Both the position numbers and the translations under genes were made by a program. The notes under the pieces are model-generated. The model was given only the letters and a program-made list of their open reading frames with translations, searched no databases and was not told the DNA's origin. 42,516 nucleotides of DNA from Chiloscyllium plagiosum (Eukaryota). The DNA is taken from the NCBI RefSeq assembly GCF_004010195.1, contig NC_057746.1, positions 1,323,282 through 1,365,797 on the forward strand. The letters run 5' to 3'. Positions 12,783 to 24,849 of the stretch are shown here, piece after piece; position 1 is the stretch's first letter; every line of letters begins with the position of its first letter.

Positions 12783-13162
12783 TATTATTGCTGAACTATT
12801 AATGGAAAACTTCAGCCAATGTTCTGGGAACCTGGATTCAAATCCCACCACAGCAGGTGGTGGAATTCAAATTCAATTTTAAAAAGAAATCTGGAATTAA
12901 GTATCTAATGATGACCATAAAACCATTGTCAATTGTTAGAAAAACCCACCTGGTTCACTAATGTCCTTCAGGGAAGGAAATCTGCCATCCTTACCTGATT
13001 TGCCCTACATGTGACTCCAGAGCACCAGCAATTGGGTTGACTCTCAACTGCCCTCTGAAACGGCTTAGCAAGCCAATTCAGTTGTACCAATCGCTACAAA
13101 GTCTCAAAGAAATTGAACTGGACGGATCGCCTGGCATCAGCCCAGGCACTGGAAAAGAGCTT

Positions 13163-13289
13163 CCTGAAGAAGGGCTTATGCCCGAAACGTCAATTCTCCT
13201 GTTCCTTGGATGCTGCCTGACCTGCTGCGCTTTTCCAGCAACACATTTTCAGCTCTGATCTCCAGTATCTGCAGTCCTCACTTTCTCCT
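13163..13289 (+). mobile_element. 127-nt PLE terminal-repeat insertion with hammerhead motif, present only in duplication copy B
   Basis: 15-nt TSD ACTGGAAAAGAGCTT (13148-62, 13290-304); empty site at 9748-9761; CTGAAGA-A-GGGC-TTAT-GCCC-GAAA-CG-TC at 13164-13191. Confidence 0.85.
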
Positions 13290-14009
13290 ACTGGAAAAGA
13301 GCTTGCAAAGGCCTCCCTACTAACTCCCTACTGGGAGTTGGTGCCAAAATTGTCATTCAACAGCATGATATAGTCATACTCACTGAATCCTACCTTACAG
13401 ACAATGACTCAGACACTATCACCATCCCCAGATATGTCTTGTCTCACTTGACGAAAGTAGGTACTCTAGATGCTGGGGATTAGAGTCAAGATCAGAGTGG
13501 TGCTGGAAATACACAGTAGGTCAGGCAGCATGTAAGAAATCAAAGGTTTTTTTCCTGCTCCTCAGATGCTGCCTGACCTGCTGTGCTTTTTCAGCACCAC
13601 TCTAATGATTGCTGTCTCAATGTCAGGACAGACCCAGCAGAGGTGGCGGGACAGTGGGATACAGTCAGGAGGGAGTCGCTCTGGGAGCAACAACATTGAC
13701 TCCAGACCTCATGAAGTCTTGCGTCTTCAGGTTAAATATGGCAACATAACCTCTGGCTGATTAATATGTACTGTCCTGATGAATCTGTACTCCTCCATGT
13801 TGAACAACACTTGAAGGAAGTGCTGAGGATAGCAAGGGCACAAAAAAACTCTGGGTGGGGAATTTCACTGCCCACCACCAAGAGTGGCTCAGCAGCTGTA
13901 CCACTGGTTGAGCTGGTCAGGTCCTAAAGGATACAGTTGTTAGACTGGGTCTGCGGCAGGTGGTGAGGGAACTAACAAGAGGGAAAAAACATCCTTGACC
14001 TCAACCTTG

Positions 14010-14228
14010 GAGAAAGTGAGGACTGCAGATGCTGGAGATCAGAGCTTAAAAATGTGTTGCTGGAAAAGCGCAGCAGGTCAGGCAGCATCCAAGGAGCGGG
14101 AGAATCGACGTTTCGGGCATAAGCCCTTCTTTAGGAATCATTCCTGAAGAAGTGCTTATGCCCGAAACGTCGATTCTCCTGCTCTCTTGATGCTGCCTGA
14201 CCTGTTGCGCTTTTCCAGCAACACATTT
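14010..14228. mobile_element. Fold-back (head-to-head) PLE terminal-repeat insertion with two hammerhead motifs
   Basis: 15-nt TSD TTGACCTCAACCTTG (13995-14009, 14229-43); palindrome apex GGAAT-C-ATTCC at 14139. Minus-strand core is mutated (CTAAAGA); plus-strand core CTGAAGA at 14144 has a stem II mismatch. Confidence 0.85.
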
Positions 14229-16000
14229 TTGACCTCAACCTTGCCAATGTGCCGGCTGCAGATGTATCTGTCCATATTGATATCGGTAAGAGCAACCACT
14301 GCATACTCCTTGTAGAGTCAAAGTCCTGTCTTCACATTGAGAATACCCTCCATTGTGTTGTGTGGCATTGTCACTGTGCTAAATAGAACAGACTTCGAAC
14401 AGATCTAGGAACTCAAGACTGGGCATCCATGAGACGCTGTGGGCCATCAACAGCAGCAGAACAGTAACCTCATGGCCCAGCACATTCCCCACTCAACCAT
14501 TACCATAAGCCGGGGGATCAACCCTGGTTCAATGGAGAGTTGAGGAGGGCATGCTAGGAGCAGCACCAGATATACCTGAAGATGAGGTGTCATCCTTGTG
14601 AAACCACCAAACAGAACGACTTGCATGTCAGGCAGCATGAGCAGCAAGAGACAGACAAAGTTAATTGATCCCACAACCAATGGATCAGATCGGAGCTCTG
14701 CAGTCCTGTCACATCCAGTCATGAATTAGAGGTGGACAATTAAACAACTCACTCTTTTTTTTTCACTCAGATTCAATTCTCGACTGAGGAGATTCTAATC
14801 TCCTGCTTATATTTTTTTCTCTCAGAAGATAAAAACCCACAGTATGCATTGGCTATGGCCAGCCAGCTCAGAGTCAGTCCTCACTGGAGTAGAAGTTAAT
14901 CTCCTGGTTATTTTTTTTTCTCCCTGATTAAACAACTTACTGGAAGAGAAGGCTTCCACAAATATCCACATACTCAATGTTATGAAGTTGTAGGCGTGTA
15001 CTATACCTTTAAGAAAGCGTGAATACTGGCAAGCACCTAGTATACTAGAAAATTGAAAGTATGTAACATTTGGCTGTGAAACAACTACCAGAACGTGGGG
15101 TTGCTATGTTTTCACAACAATTCGAATTTAGCTAATCAGTTTTAATTATGCCCCAAGATACTAAAACCCAATTGAATTTGAATTTAATGTTTTGACCACA
15201 TCAAACCAATTAGATGATCCAATGTTTTAGGGTATAAAAGCAGGCATTTTCGACAGTTAGCCATTGTCATCCAGACTGCCCGCAACCCTTCTCTCTGAAA
15301 CGTACTCTTTTTCACATGAAAAATCTTTACAGCAGAAGACCTAAGATAACACAGGGAAACAGAGGAAGTTCAACACCAGAAACCAGGCAGCTGCTGTTAG
15401 GTTTTGAAAATTAAGCTGACGTAAATTTAATAGGGGCTTTATTGGATCAGTATAGTGCTATAGAGTGGGAAATAGATACATTTTTAAGAGAAAGGAGCCT
15501 TACATTTGTAAATAATTATTGTTTAATGTTCTCCTTTGGAGTTAAAGATTTTCTTTAAATAGTGGAATTTGGGAGTTCTCTGTCACTTATACTTTAACAG
15601 ATTATGAAGCGAGTTGAGCTTTTCTGGGTGTACGATTTAATTAGCAGAAGGTTTTACCCCGTATCATAATACTGAATGATGGGTCAGCATGCTGGAATCA
15701 TGTTCCTAACTCATGATGCAATCACCTGGCTCCACATAGGAACCTTGTCAAGAGTATCACTCCTTTTGGACAATAAACCTCATCTAAAAACCTCTTCCGC
15801 CTGACCTATTGGAGTGTTGAAGAGCTCTAGTCTGGGACAATGACCTCATCATGTCTTTTTTTCTATTTCACGTTGGTTTTGGAAGACATTCTCACACAGC
15901 TTGGGATTTTTAAAAGCTCCCAGGATTCGTGTAATTGAGATTTGAGGGTGAGGATGGACAGATGGGTTTGGTGCTCACCTCATCCTCACTGGCCTTCCTA

Positions 16001-17400
16001 GTCATAGATTCACAGAGGCACATAGCACAGATTCATAGATCCTTCATCCCAACTCATCCATACAGACCAGGTTTCCTGAACTGAACTCATCCCACCTGTC
16101 TGCATTTGACCCATATTTCTTTAAACATATTCTATCTATGTACCTGTCCAAATATCATTTAAATATTGTAATCGCACAGACCTTGGCCACTTCCTCTGGG
16201 CGGTCATTTCATATACACACCACCCTCTGTGTGAACAAGTTGCCCCTCAGGTCCCTTTTAAATTTTTTCCTTTGCACCCCAAACCTATGCCCTCTAGTTC
16301 TGGATTCCCTCACCCCACACAAAAGACCCTGACCTCACCCTATACATGGCCTTTGAGATTTTATAAACCTCTTGATAAGGTCACCCCTCAGCCTCCTACG
16401 TTTCAGAAAAAATGCCCAAGCTTATTCTGCCTCTCATAACTCCAGCCCTCTAGTCTCAGTTATATCTTTGTAAATCTTTTTTGCACCCCTTCCAGTTTCA
16501 TAACATCGTTCCTAAAGCAGGGTGACCAACATTGTACACAGTACTCCAAAAGTGGCCTTACCAATGTCTTTACAGCCAAAACCTGATGCCCCAACCTGAT
16601 TTCCTGACATATTTGCCCAATACTCAATGCTCTGACTGATGAAAGGCAAGTGTGCCAAATACCTACTTCACCACCCTGTCTACCCATTATGCCACTTCCA
16701 AGGAACTATGTACCTGAACCCGTATATCTCTCTGTTCAACAATATTCCCCAGGACCCTACCATTAACTGTATAAGTATTTCCCTGATTTGTCTTACCTCA
16801 CATTCCCTGGCCCACTGGCCCAGTTGATCAAGGTCCTATTGTACTCTCAGATAACTTTCTTCACTATCCACGATACCACTATATAGTTGTCATCCACCAA
16901 CTTATCTACCTTTGTGTGTTTTAGACTTCCAGCACCTCTTCTTCTGTAATGTGGAATCTTTTCACGACATCAACATTTATTTCCCTGATTCCCTAGCTTC
17001 CTTGTCTTTCTCTACAGTTAACATTGATGCAAAATATTGGTTTAGGATCTCACCCATTTCCTGTGGTTCCACATATAGATGGTACATAAAGGGCCCTTTT
17101 CTCTCCCTAGTTATTCTTTTGCCTTTAATATACTTACGGGGTTTCATTGGATTTTCCTTCACCTTATCTGCCAAAGTTACCACATATCCTCCTTCTTTCC
17201 CTCCTGATTTCCCTATTAGGAATACTCCTACACCCCCTGTACTCCTCAAGAGACTCACTTCATCCTAGCTGTCTAAACCTGACATGCCTGCTTCCTTTTT
17301 CTTGACCAGAGCCTCAATATCTCTGATCATCCAGTGTTTCCTACTCCTGCCAGGGAAATAAATGCTCAATACTCTGACCAATAAAGGAAAGCATACCAAA
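16001..17400 (-). mobile_element. CR1/HER1-like LINE with internal deletions (its 3' end also at ~12008-12310)
   Basis: KTLVRPLLEYCVQCWSP...KLEGVQKRFT; KVKENP...YIKGKRITRE; EILNQYFAS. Confidence 0.85.
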
Positions 17401-17449
17401 CACCTTCTTCCTGTTAGTTTGTAGGAACACCCTGTCCCTGAATGTCCGT

Positions 17450-17855
17450 TATATGGTAAGGTCCTAGGGAGTGTTGCTGAACAAAGAGACCTTGGAGTGC
17501 AGATTCATAGCTCCTTGAAAGTGGAGTTGCAGGTAGATAGGATAGTGAAGAAGGTCCAGAACTAGAGGGCATAGGTTTAGGGTGAGAGGGGTAAGATATA
17601 AAAGAGACCTAAGGGGCAACTTTTTCACACAGAGGGCGGTACGAGTATGGAATGAGCTGCCAGAGGAAGTGGTGGAGGCTGGTACAATTGCAACATTTAA
17701 AAGGCATTTGGATGGGTATATGAATAGAAAGGGTTTGGAGGGATATGGGCCGGGTGCTGGCAGGTGGGACTAGTTTGGGTTGAGATATCTGGTCGGCATG
17801 GACAGGTTGAACCAAAGGGTCTGTTTCCGTGCTGTACATCTCTACGACTCTATCT
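17450..17855 (+). mobile_element. CR1/HER1-like 3' fragment
   Basis: RDLRGNFFTQRAVRVWNELPEEVVEAGTIATFKRHLD plus 3' tail. Confidence 0.85.
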
Positions 17856-18030
17856 TGCTTTGGAAAGCCTCCCACTTATGAGATGTCCCTTTACCTGCAA
17901 TCAACTTTTTAGAATTCCTGCCTTGGCCCAATTTAGAACTTTAACTTGTTGACCAGGCCTATTCATTTCCATGATGATTTACAATGTGGAGGTAATGTTG
18001 TTAGACTGGGGTGGACAAACTCAGTAGAAG

Positions 18031-18296
18031 TAAGTAGAGGATTTTAACCAGTTCTATTAGTTTTTAAATAGTCATAGTCAGAAGTCACATGACACCAGGT
18101 TGTAGTCCAACAGGTTTATTTGAAATCACAAGCTTTCAAAGTGCTGCCCCTTTGGCAAAACCAGGGACCTGACAAAAGGGCAGTGCTCTGAAAGCTTGTG
18201 ATTTCAAATAAACCTGCTGCACTATAACCTGGTGTCATGTGACTTCTGATTATGACTATTTAAAAACTAATAGAACTGCTTAAAATCCTCTACTTA
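18031..18296. repeat. 266-nt near-perfect palindrome: fold-back PLE-type terminus with decayed hammerhead plus inverted flank
   Basis: Arms of ~125 nt (TAAGTAGAGGATTTTAA... / ...TTAAAATCCTCTACTTA). Right arm begins CTGACAA-A-GGGGC-AGT-GCTCT-GAAA-GC-TT (~18169-18197). Confidence 0.85.
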
Positions 18297-18764
18297 TTAC
18301 AACCCTATTATTTTTACATGTGTCTGTGATTTCCCTGCGTGTTTGCTCCTCAATTTATGCTGACTATTGGGGAACCTATTGTACATTCCCATCAAATTGA
18401 TCACCCCCCTTCTTCTTTCTCAGTTCCACCCTAATAGTTTCACTGGATGATTCCAATAGGATTATCTTCTCTAAGTACTGCTGTGATGTTTTCCCAAATT
18501 AAAATTGCCACTCCCTCTCTATCTTGCCTCCCCTTCTAGACGGAGTTAACCCTGGTGCCCAAGAGATAAGGAGTTCCATTACTATCCAGGAGAGCACTGA
18601 ATTCCGCTGTGTTCATCAAATAGCACTGTGTAGAGGATAGAGTGTTGGGACAAGATGGTAAAAGTACAACTACGATGACACAAACAGCATTCTCGATTTG
18701 TACAAGTTTTAATGAATTCTGAGAGACACCATAAACAGCTCAATGAATTGACATCATTCATGTG

Positions 18765-19038
18765 GTACAAGAAAAAGAGATGTTTTATTTCAAACAAATC
18801 AGTCTATATTGGAAAATTATTTAAAGAATCATCATGAATTCAGAGGATAAAATTATATAAAACCTGTTTAGCTGCAGAAATGAGTTTCAGTTTGCTCTGG
18901 CTTCACACAAAGTGTGAGAGGATACAGAACTGTGGGTCACGGAGGCTGAACGATGATGTTTCTCAGTGCAATGAGAGGATACAGTCCGAAGATGATGAAT
19001 TCATGGTTTGGTGAAGCATTTTCTGTCTCCCACTTAAA
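18765..19038 (-). other. Candidate non-coding terminal (3'UTR) exon of class II alpha gene B
   Basis: Minus-strand acceptor GCTTTCTTTTCAG (AG at 19039-40), unique sequence, AATAAA at 18784-89. The donor just after the stop codon of exon 4 requires a further exon. Inference only. Confidence 0.35.
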
Positions 19039-20689
19039 CTGAAAAGAAAGCCATCAAATATACATGAGAAGCTGAAAACATTGATTTCCTATCTCCTTTT
19101 TTGCACAATCCTTCCATCAGTACCTTGAGTGTGTTCTGACATCTGTGTAGAATGTGAAAGTAAATTAATTACAATAAGTAAGTCTATGGAACAACAGCAT
19201 ATACAATGAGCAAAACTACCACCTGTTATAAGATGCAATGGATAGATAACACTGACAAACTAGGCTGTGGTATCCCAAGCAGGAGAAAAGTGTCCAGCTT
19301 GAATATCGTGACTCCATCAATAAACAGATTACTGCAAACTGTAAGTGGCTCTGCTTCAGCACACCTGGGTGTGCCTATCAGGAAATGGCACAAAGATCCA
19401 AAATCCATTTGATGTTGCAGATAGAAAATCTGGGTCAGAAGATTCACAATTTCACAATGTGTGCTCCTGTCATGTAAAAGATTTTCCCCTATCTTGTGTT
19501 TGAACATTAAAATACAACTATGAAGAGCCAATGATAATAGTGCAGATAGAACCAAGCAGTGAAGCATTTAGACAAAATAAAACTAAATAAATGCACTGAT
19601 GGTACATGTGGGCATTAAAACATGAGAACTGGACGGCAAGAAATAACTTGTATTTAAATAGCATTTTATATGACAAGCTGAGAAGATCACTGGGATCTCT
19701 CTTCCCTCCATTACAGTCATTTACTCCACGCGCTATATCTGAAAGGCTAAGAGCATTGTGGAAGACCCCACATACCCCTCACTCAAATGCTTCTCCCTCC
19801 TGCCATCTGGCAGAAGATATCGCAGCATTCAATCTCTCATGGGCAGAATGTGCAACAGTTTCTTCCCCCAGACCACAGGCTCCTTACAGAGCATAATCAG
19901 ATTCTTTCCTATTTGAAATTCTTTTGTATTGCTGCTAGAAAAATGCCTGTTATTCATCATTCTTTTACACTGTAACTTGCGTGTTTTGCACTTCTTATGC
20001 ACTTTATGCCGTGTTAAATGGTGTAGTTTGTGCTGCCCATGTAGCACCTTGGTCCTGGAGGAACACTGCCTCATTTCTTTACTGTATCAGGTGTATATGG
20101 GAGAAATGACAAATAAAAACTACAGTACTCTAAGAATATAGCAAAGATTGGAAGTTAAAGTTGAGAAAGTGATTATTGAAATAGCAATTTCACTTTGGAA
20201 TAGTTTTAAATCTTGGAAAAAAATTTGAGTTTTACAGCAAAAATAGTATTTTTTTGACGCAGTTATAGTTGAAAAGGCTAAGAGTAACAATAAAGAAATG
20301 AGTTTGAAACTATCTGTGGAATAAGGAAGTACATGTTTGTTGGAGTTGTCTGGACAGATCAGAAATAAACTGTCTTGAAGAGCTGAAACTTATTGTACAA
20401 TCACAAATTCATTGGCTGCATATGTGTGAACTGTTACAGTCTTCATGTGGAAATCAGGCTCAGTGTCAGATATTTGTTGATTTATCTAACTGTGTTGTTC
20501 CTGAAGTAGAATTTTGATGGTCAGAGATTGACTAAGATTAGCAATGACAGACAGATTAATATTACAGCAGTTAGAAAATATAGGGCACAAAGTTCATTTG
20601 CGTAGCACCACCAAAGACAGGCCTAAGTGCAGCAGCATGTGTGACATTTACTGTGTCCCATGTAACCCGCATAGCACAGGTCAACTGGA

Positions 20690-21870
20690 GTGGTGCAGGT
20701 ACAGCTCCTCATTACAGGCTGTTAGGGAAAGTTGAATTGAAGGTAAATTATTGATTTGGTGAGAAGGTGCTGAGTGGTAGGAAACACAGCAGGGATAATG
20801 GTAACGTTCTCTAACTGGCAGCATGTGGATACTGGAGACACACAAAATCTGTTTCGTGGTCTCAACTATTCCCTATATTCATGGAAGATTTAGATGATGG
20901 GATGGAAAAACATATATCCAAATTTGCTGATGAAACAAAAATAGCACTATCAGCTGTGTAAGTAGAAGTATAAAATCACAGAGATATTAAAAGGTTAAGT
21001 AAATGGGCAAAACTGTGGCAAATGGAAGTATATGTCGGAAATGTGGGAGCACCCATTTTGACAAATGGTGCGAAATAGAAACAGTGAAGGTCCAGATAAT
21101 GAAAATGTCATGAACAGGAAAGGAAAATAACGAAAAAAGCTGATGCAATGCTGGTCTTTATCTCTCGAAGAAAAGAACAGAAGTGGGGGGACAAGTCATG
21201 TTTTAGTGATACAAAGCCCTGGTTTGATTATGCCTGGAATATTGGCAACAGTCCTAGAAACCTCACCACGAGCAGGAGATATTAGCCTTGGAGGGGGTGC
21301 AGTGTAAATTTACCAGAATGATCCCGGATTGCTAGGGTTACATTATAAAGGGGGATTAAACAATTTAGGGTTTTATTCCCTGGAATTAGGAAGGTCAACG
21401 TTTAGTGGTGATCAAAGTTTCAAAGTAATCACTGGGAGCTGTCAACATAAGCAGATATAATTACTTCACTGGTTTGTTGAGTCTAGGCACCGTGAGGCAG
21501 CAGTGCTAACCACTGTCCAACTGTGCCGCCTTAGTGGTGATCAAAGTTTCAAAGTAATCACTGGGAGCTGTCAACATAAGCAGATATAATTACTTCACTG
21601 GTTTGCTGAGTCTACAACTGGGCAGCATAATGTAAAAACTAGAGCTGGACCTGGTCAGAGAAAACGTTAGAAAACATTTCTACACACAAAGGATGGTAGA
21701 AGTTTAAAACTCACTTTCACAAATGGCAAGTCTGATCAGTGGTGAACTTTAAATTAGAGATTAACAGGTGTTTTGTTATCCAAAAATATGAAGAGAAGTG
21801 GGAGAAAGATGGATAATTGTTGTAAAGTTGGAGATTACCCGTGATCTTACTGGGATGGTGGAGGGGCCAA
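20690..21870 (+). mobile_element. Old degraded CR1-type LINE
   Basis: Remnants ATATCCAAATTTGCTGATGA (ISKFAD), TGGGCAAAACTGTGGCAAATGGA (WAKLWQM) and TTCTACACACAAAGGATGG. Confidence 0.65.
21486..21530 (-). mobile_element. 5' 45 nt of a tRNA-derived HE1/V-SINE, flanked by an 84-nt direct repeat
   Basis: Reverse complement GGCGGCACAGTTGGACAGTGGTTAGCACTGCTGCCTCACGGTGCC; repeats at 21402-21485 and 21531-21614. Confidence 0.75.
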
Positions 21871-22420
21871 ATGGTCAAGTCCTGTCCCATGCAGACTGAA
21901 GTGAAGTATTCAATGCTATCCACTGATCAAAGATACTGCAGACAGTATGAATTCCTCTTCACCTTCTGTGGAGTTTGCATCTTCCCCCCATAATTCACCC
22001 CCAAATTTACTCCTGTATATGCTTCCTATAATTTAGTGGTCTGCAGTCTATGCTCATATACTGTCCTTATTCTCAGAGTGCTTTAAAATTTAGAAAGTGC
22101 CACTGTACATCTGCAGGTTAATGGAAGACCAGTGGCAGTGCCAATGGGATAAATGTGCTCATCAGAAAGCCCTGAAATGGCTGGGTGGATTATTGCAGTG
22201 ATATGGTTTAAGTGAAAAATAATGTCCAATGATAACAGCTCTGAATGGACCCCATCTCCATCTCACCCAAGGACTGATGCTTCATGTGAATGTCAGCAAG
22301 GAGTATAGCAGACCAGCTCAGTGCTGCCCATGTGTGTATACACATTTACAGGAATAAGGACCTTGTGTAACATTCCCAAACATGTGTTATAAGCACAGAC
22401 ACTGTACCCTGTACTTACCC

Positions 22421-22566
22421 CTAGATGCCGTGTTGCTGAGCTTGCAGCCGCTGTCTCTCTTTAATCAGTAAGATGACCCCTACAACAGCACTGATAATTC
22501 CCAGGATGATTCCCAGAACACAGATCACTGTCCAAGGACCAGACTGTTCCTCGGGTACTTCAGGTT
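22421..22566 (-). CDS. MHC class II alpha chain, gene B: connecting peptide-TM-cytoplasmic exon (exon 4)
   Basis: Acceptor AG at 22567-68. Encodes (E)PEVPEEQSGPWTVICVLGIILGIISAVVGVILLIKERQRLQAQQHGI*, with TAG at 22421-23 and a GTAAGT donor at 22418. Phase matches the exon at 29417 (G+AA = Glu). Confidence 0.93.
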
Positions 22567-23121
22567 CTACATTAGAGAGAGGCAGGGAAAGATTGAGTGT
22601 CTCATAGTGAAACTCCAGATATCAACAGAGTGGAGAGACTGTTAGAGGGTCTCACTCAAGCTGTTATGCATCAACAGCTTAAATGCCCACAGGCCGTGCT
22701 GTAATTATGTTAGTCATATACACAAGATTCCAAAGGCTAGGAATTACTGATGGCAATGCTATTTGTAAAGAAAAGATTTTACACTATAGAAAGAATAAGA
22801 TAGATTCATCAGGCAGTACCAGGACTGGGAAACTAGTTATGAGCAGAGATGTGAGATACTTATAAAAGCACAGAGTGGAATTACAGCTATTTGGCTCAGT
22901 ATCCCATTACTGAATCTTTGAAAGAATTATCCAACTAGTCTCAATCACCTGCTCTTCATTCATAGCCCAACACTGGCTTGGAATTCCAGCTGACCAGACA
23001 GTGTTATTCCAGCGAAGAAGGATGTTGTGCATGGGACCCTGTAGAATCTCCGTTGTAGCAGACTCTGAAGGAATTGCTGGAAGATTGATTTTCCACAAGG
23101 CAATTTCTCTATGTTGAGAAC

Positions 23122-24220
23122 CTGTATGTTCTGTGTGTGTGTGCCTGAGTGTGCGTGTTCTGCGTGCATATGTTTGTGTGCGTGCATGCGTACTACATGT
23201 GTGTGTGTGCTCCGTGTGTATGTGTGTGTGCGCATTCTGTGTATGTGTGGATGTGTGCGTGTGTTCTGTGTGTATCCTTTGTATGCGCATATGTATGTTC
23301 GGCGTGTGTACATTCTGTGCATGTGTGAGTATGTGTTGTGTGTATGCGTTTGTGTGTGTAGATACATGTGTGAGTCTGTGTTCAGTGCATATCTCTGTGT
23401 GTATATACATACACATTCTGTGTGTGTGGTCTGTGTATGTGAGTTCTGTGTACGTGTCTATATGTGTTGTGCACATTCTGTGTGCGAGAGAGTTCTGTGT
23501 GTTCTGTGCGTGCCTTTGTCAACTGTGTGTTTGTGTGTGTATTCTGTGAGTGTATGTGTTTGCTGCATATGTATACTGTGTGTGTGTTCTCGGTATGTGT
23601 GTGCACGCGTTTGTGTGTATGTGGGGAGTGTGATGTGTGTGCCTGTTCTCTTCATGTGTATGTGTTGTGTGTGTGTTTTGTGTGTGTGTGCATGTGTGTT
23701 CTGTGTGCCCTTGTGTTCTGTGTGTACACTTGTATGTATATGCATGTGTGCAAGTATTTATGTGTGCATGTGTGCATATGTATGCACATGCTTGCACATC
23801 TGTTTGTGTGTATGTGCTCACGTGTTTGTGTGTGCATATATGTACATGTGTTTGTGCGTGTGTACGTATCTAAGTGTATGTGCATGTGTACATGTGTTTG
23901 TGTTTACGTGTGCATGCATGTTTGTGTGCGCATGTGTGTATATTTTTCTGTGTGTACACATGTTTGTGTGCAAGTACAAGTGATTGTATACATATGTGGT
24001 GTGCTTGTGTGTGCATGTGTCTCCATGTCTGTGTACATATACAAGTATTTGTGTGCACATATGTATGTTTGTGTGTACCTATGAGTGTTTGTGTGTACAT
24101 GTGCTTGTGTGTCCATGTATGTACATATGTGTTTGTATGCATGTATGCATATTTCTCTGTGCAACCATGTGTGTGTATGTATTTGTGTGTGTATGTGTAT
24201 GTGTAAGCATATGTACACAT
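23122..24220. repeat. ~1.1-kb degenerate (TG)n / alternating purine-pyrimidine repeat in intron 3 of gene B
   Basis: TGTG/TATG/TGCA mosaic; source of the many Cys/Val and His/Thr pseudo-ORFs. Confidence 0.95.
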
Positions 24221-24849
24221 AACTTCTCCCTCCTTGTATTCTATTCCATGAATTCTCTGAGGATTTTGATTATTTTCTGGACCTGCTCAGGATATTTTCA
24301 TGATCTCTGTACCCGAGTCCCTAAGTAGCATTATGTACTGATGATGGGTCTAGGTGTTACAGACATCGGTGGTGTGGATGGGAGTCACTGGTGAATCTGG
24401 GGTTCAAGCTACTATTTACATTGGAGTTAGGGTAAGTTTTTAATCCTCTAATCTCTCCTAGGTGGCTATAAATTTAAATGAGTCAGGACCCTCCAAACTC
24501 AGTTTTTTATGGATGTTTTTGGACAGTTCGAGTTGCAGGGGAATTGTCTATCAGAAACGTCAAATTTCAGGCCAATTTCCCTGTGCTGAGTTATCCTGAT
24601 GCAGAACTCCAGTCTGAGCCATTAATTATCTCCCTAAAATAATTTGCCACTGCACCTCCAATGTCTTACCTGTCTGATAATTGGATATTTGGAGAAATAA
24701 ATCAGTGACAAACATGAAACTATCTCCTATCATGATAACTAGATCAGTGCCCATTTTGGATTAAAGCACTGCTGGAATCTCATATGGATGTAAATGTTCT
24801 CTACGTTGCTGTGGCTGGTGGCACTGACATACCTCCCACAGCCTCACCT

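Larger units (their letters stand above)
8910..16303. repeat. Tandem segmental duplication: copy A 8910-12310, copy B 12311-16303
   Basis: The same order of LINE, MITE, SINE-like, LTR-like and CR1 pieces occurs twice; junction ...CTAGTTCTGG|AAATTGGG... Confidence 0.95.

Noticed and set aside
22907-24328. Long overlapping Cys/Val- and His/Thr-rich ORFs
   Set aside because: They are translations of a TG/CA simple repeat that is open in many frames.
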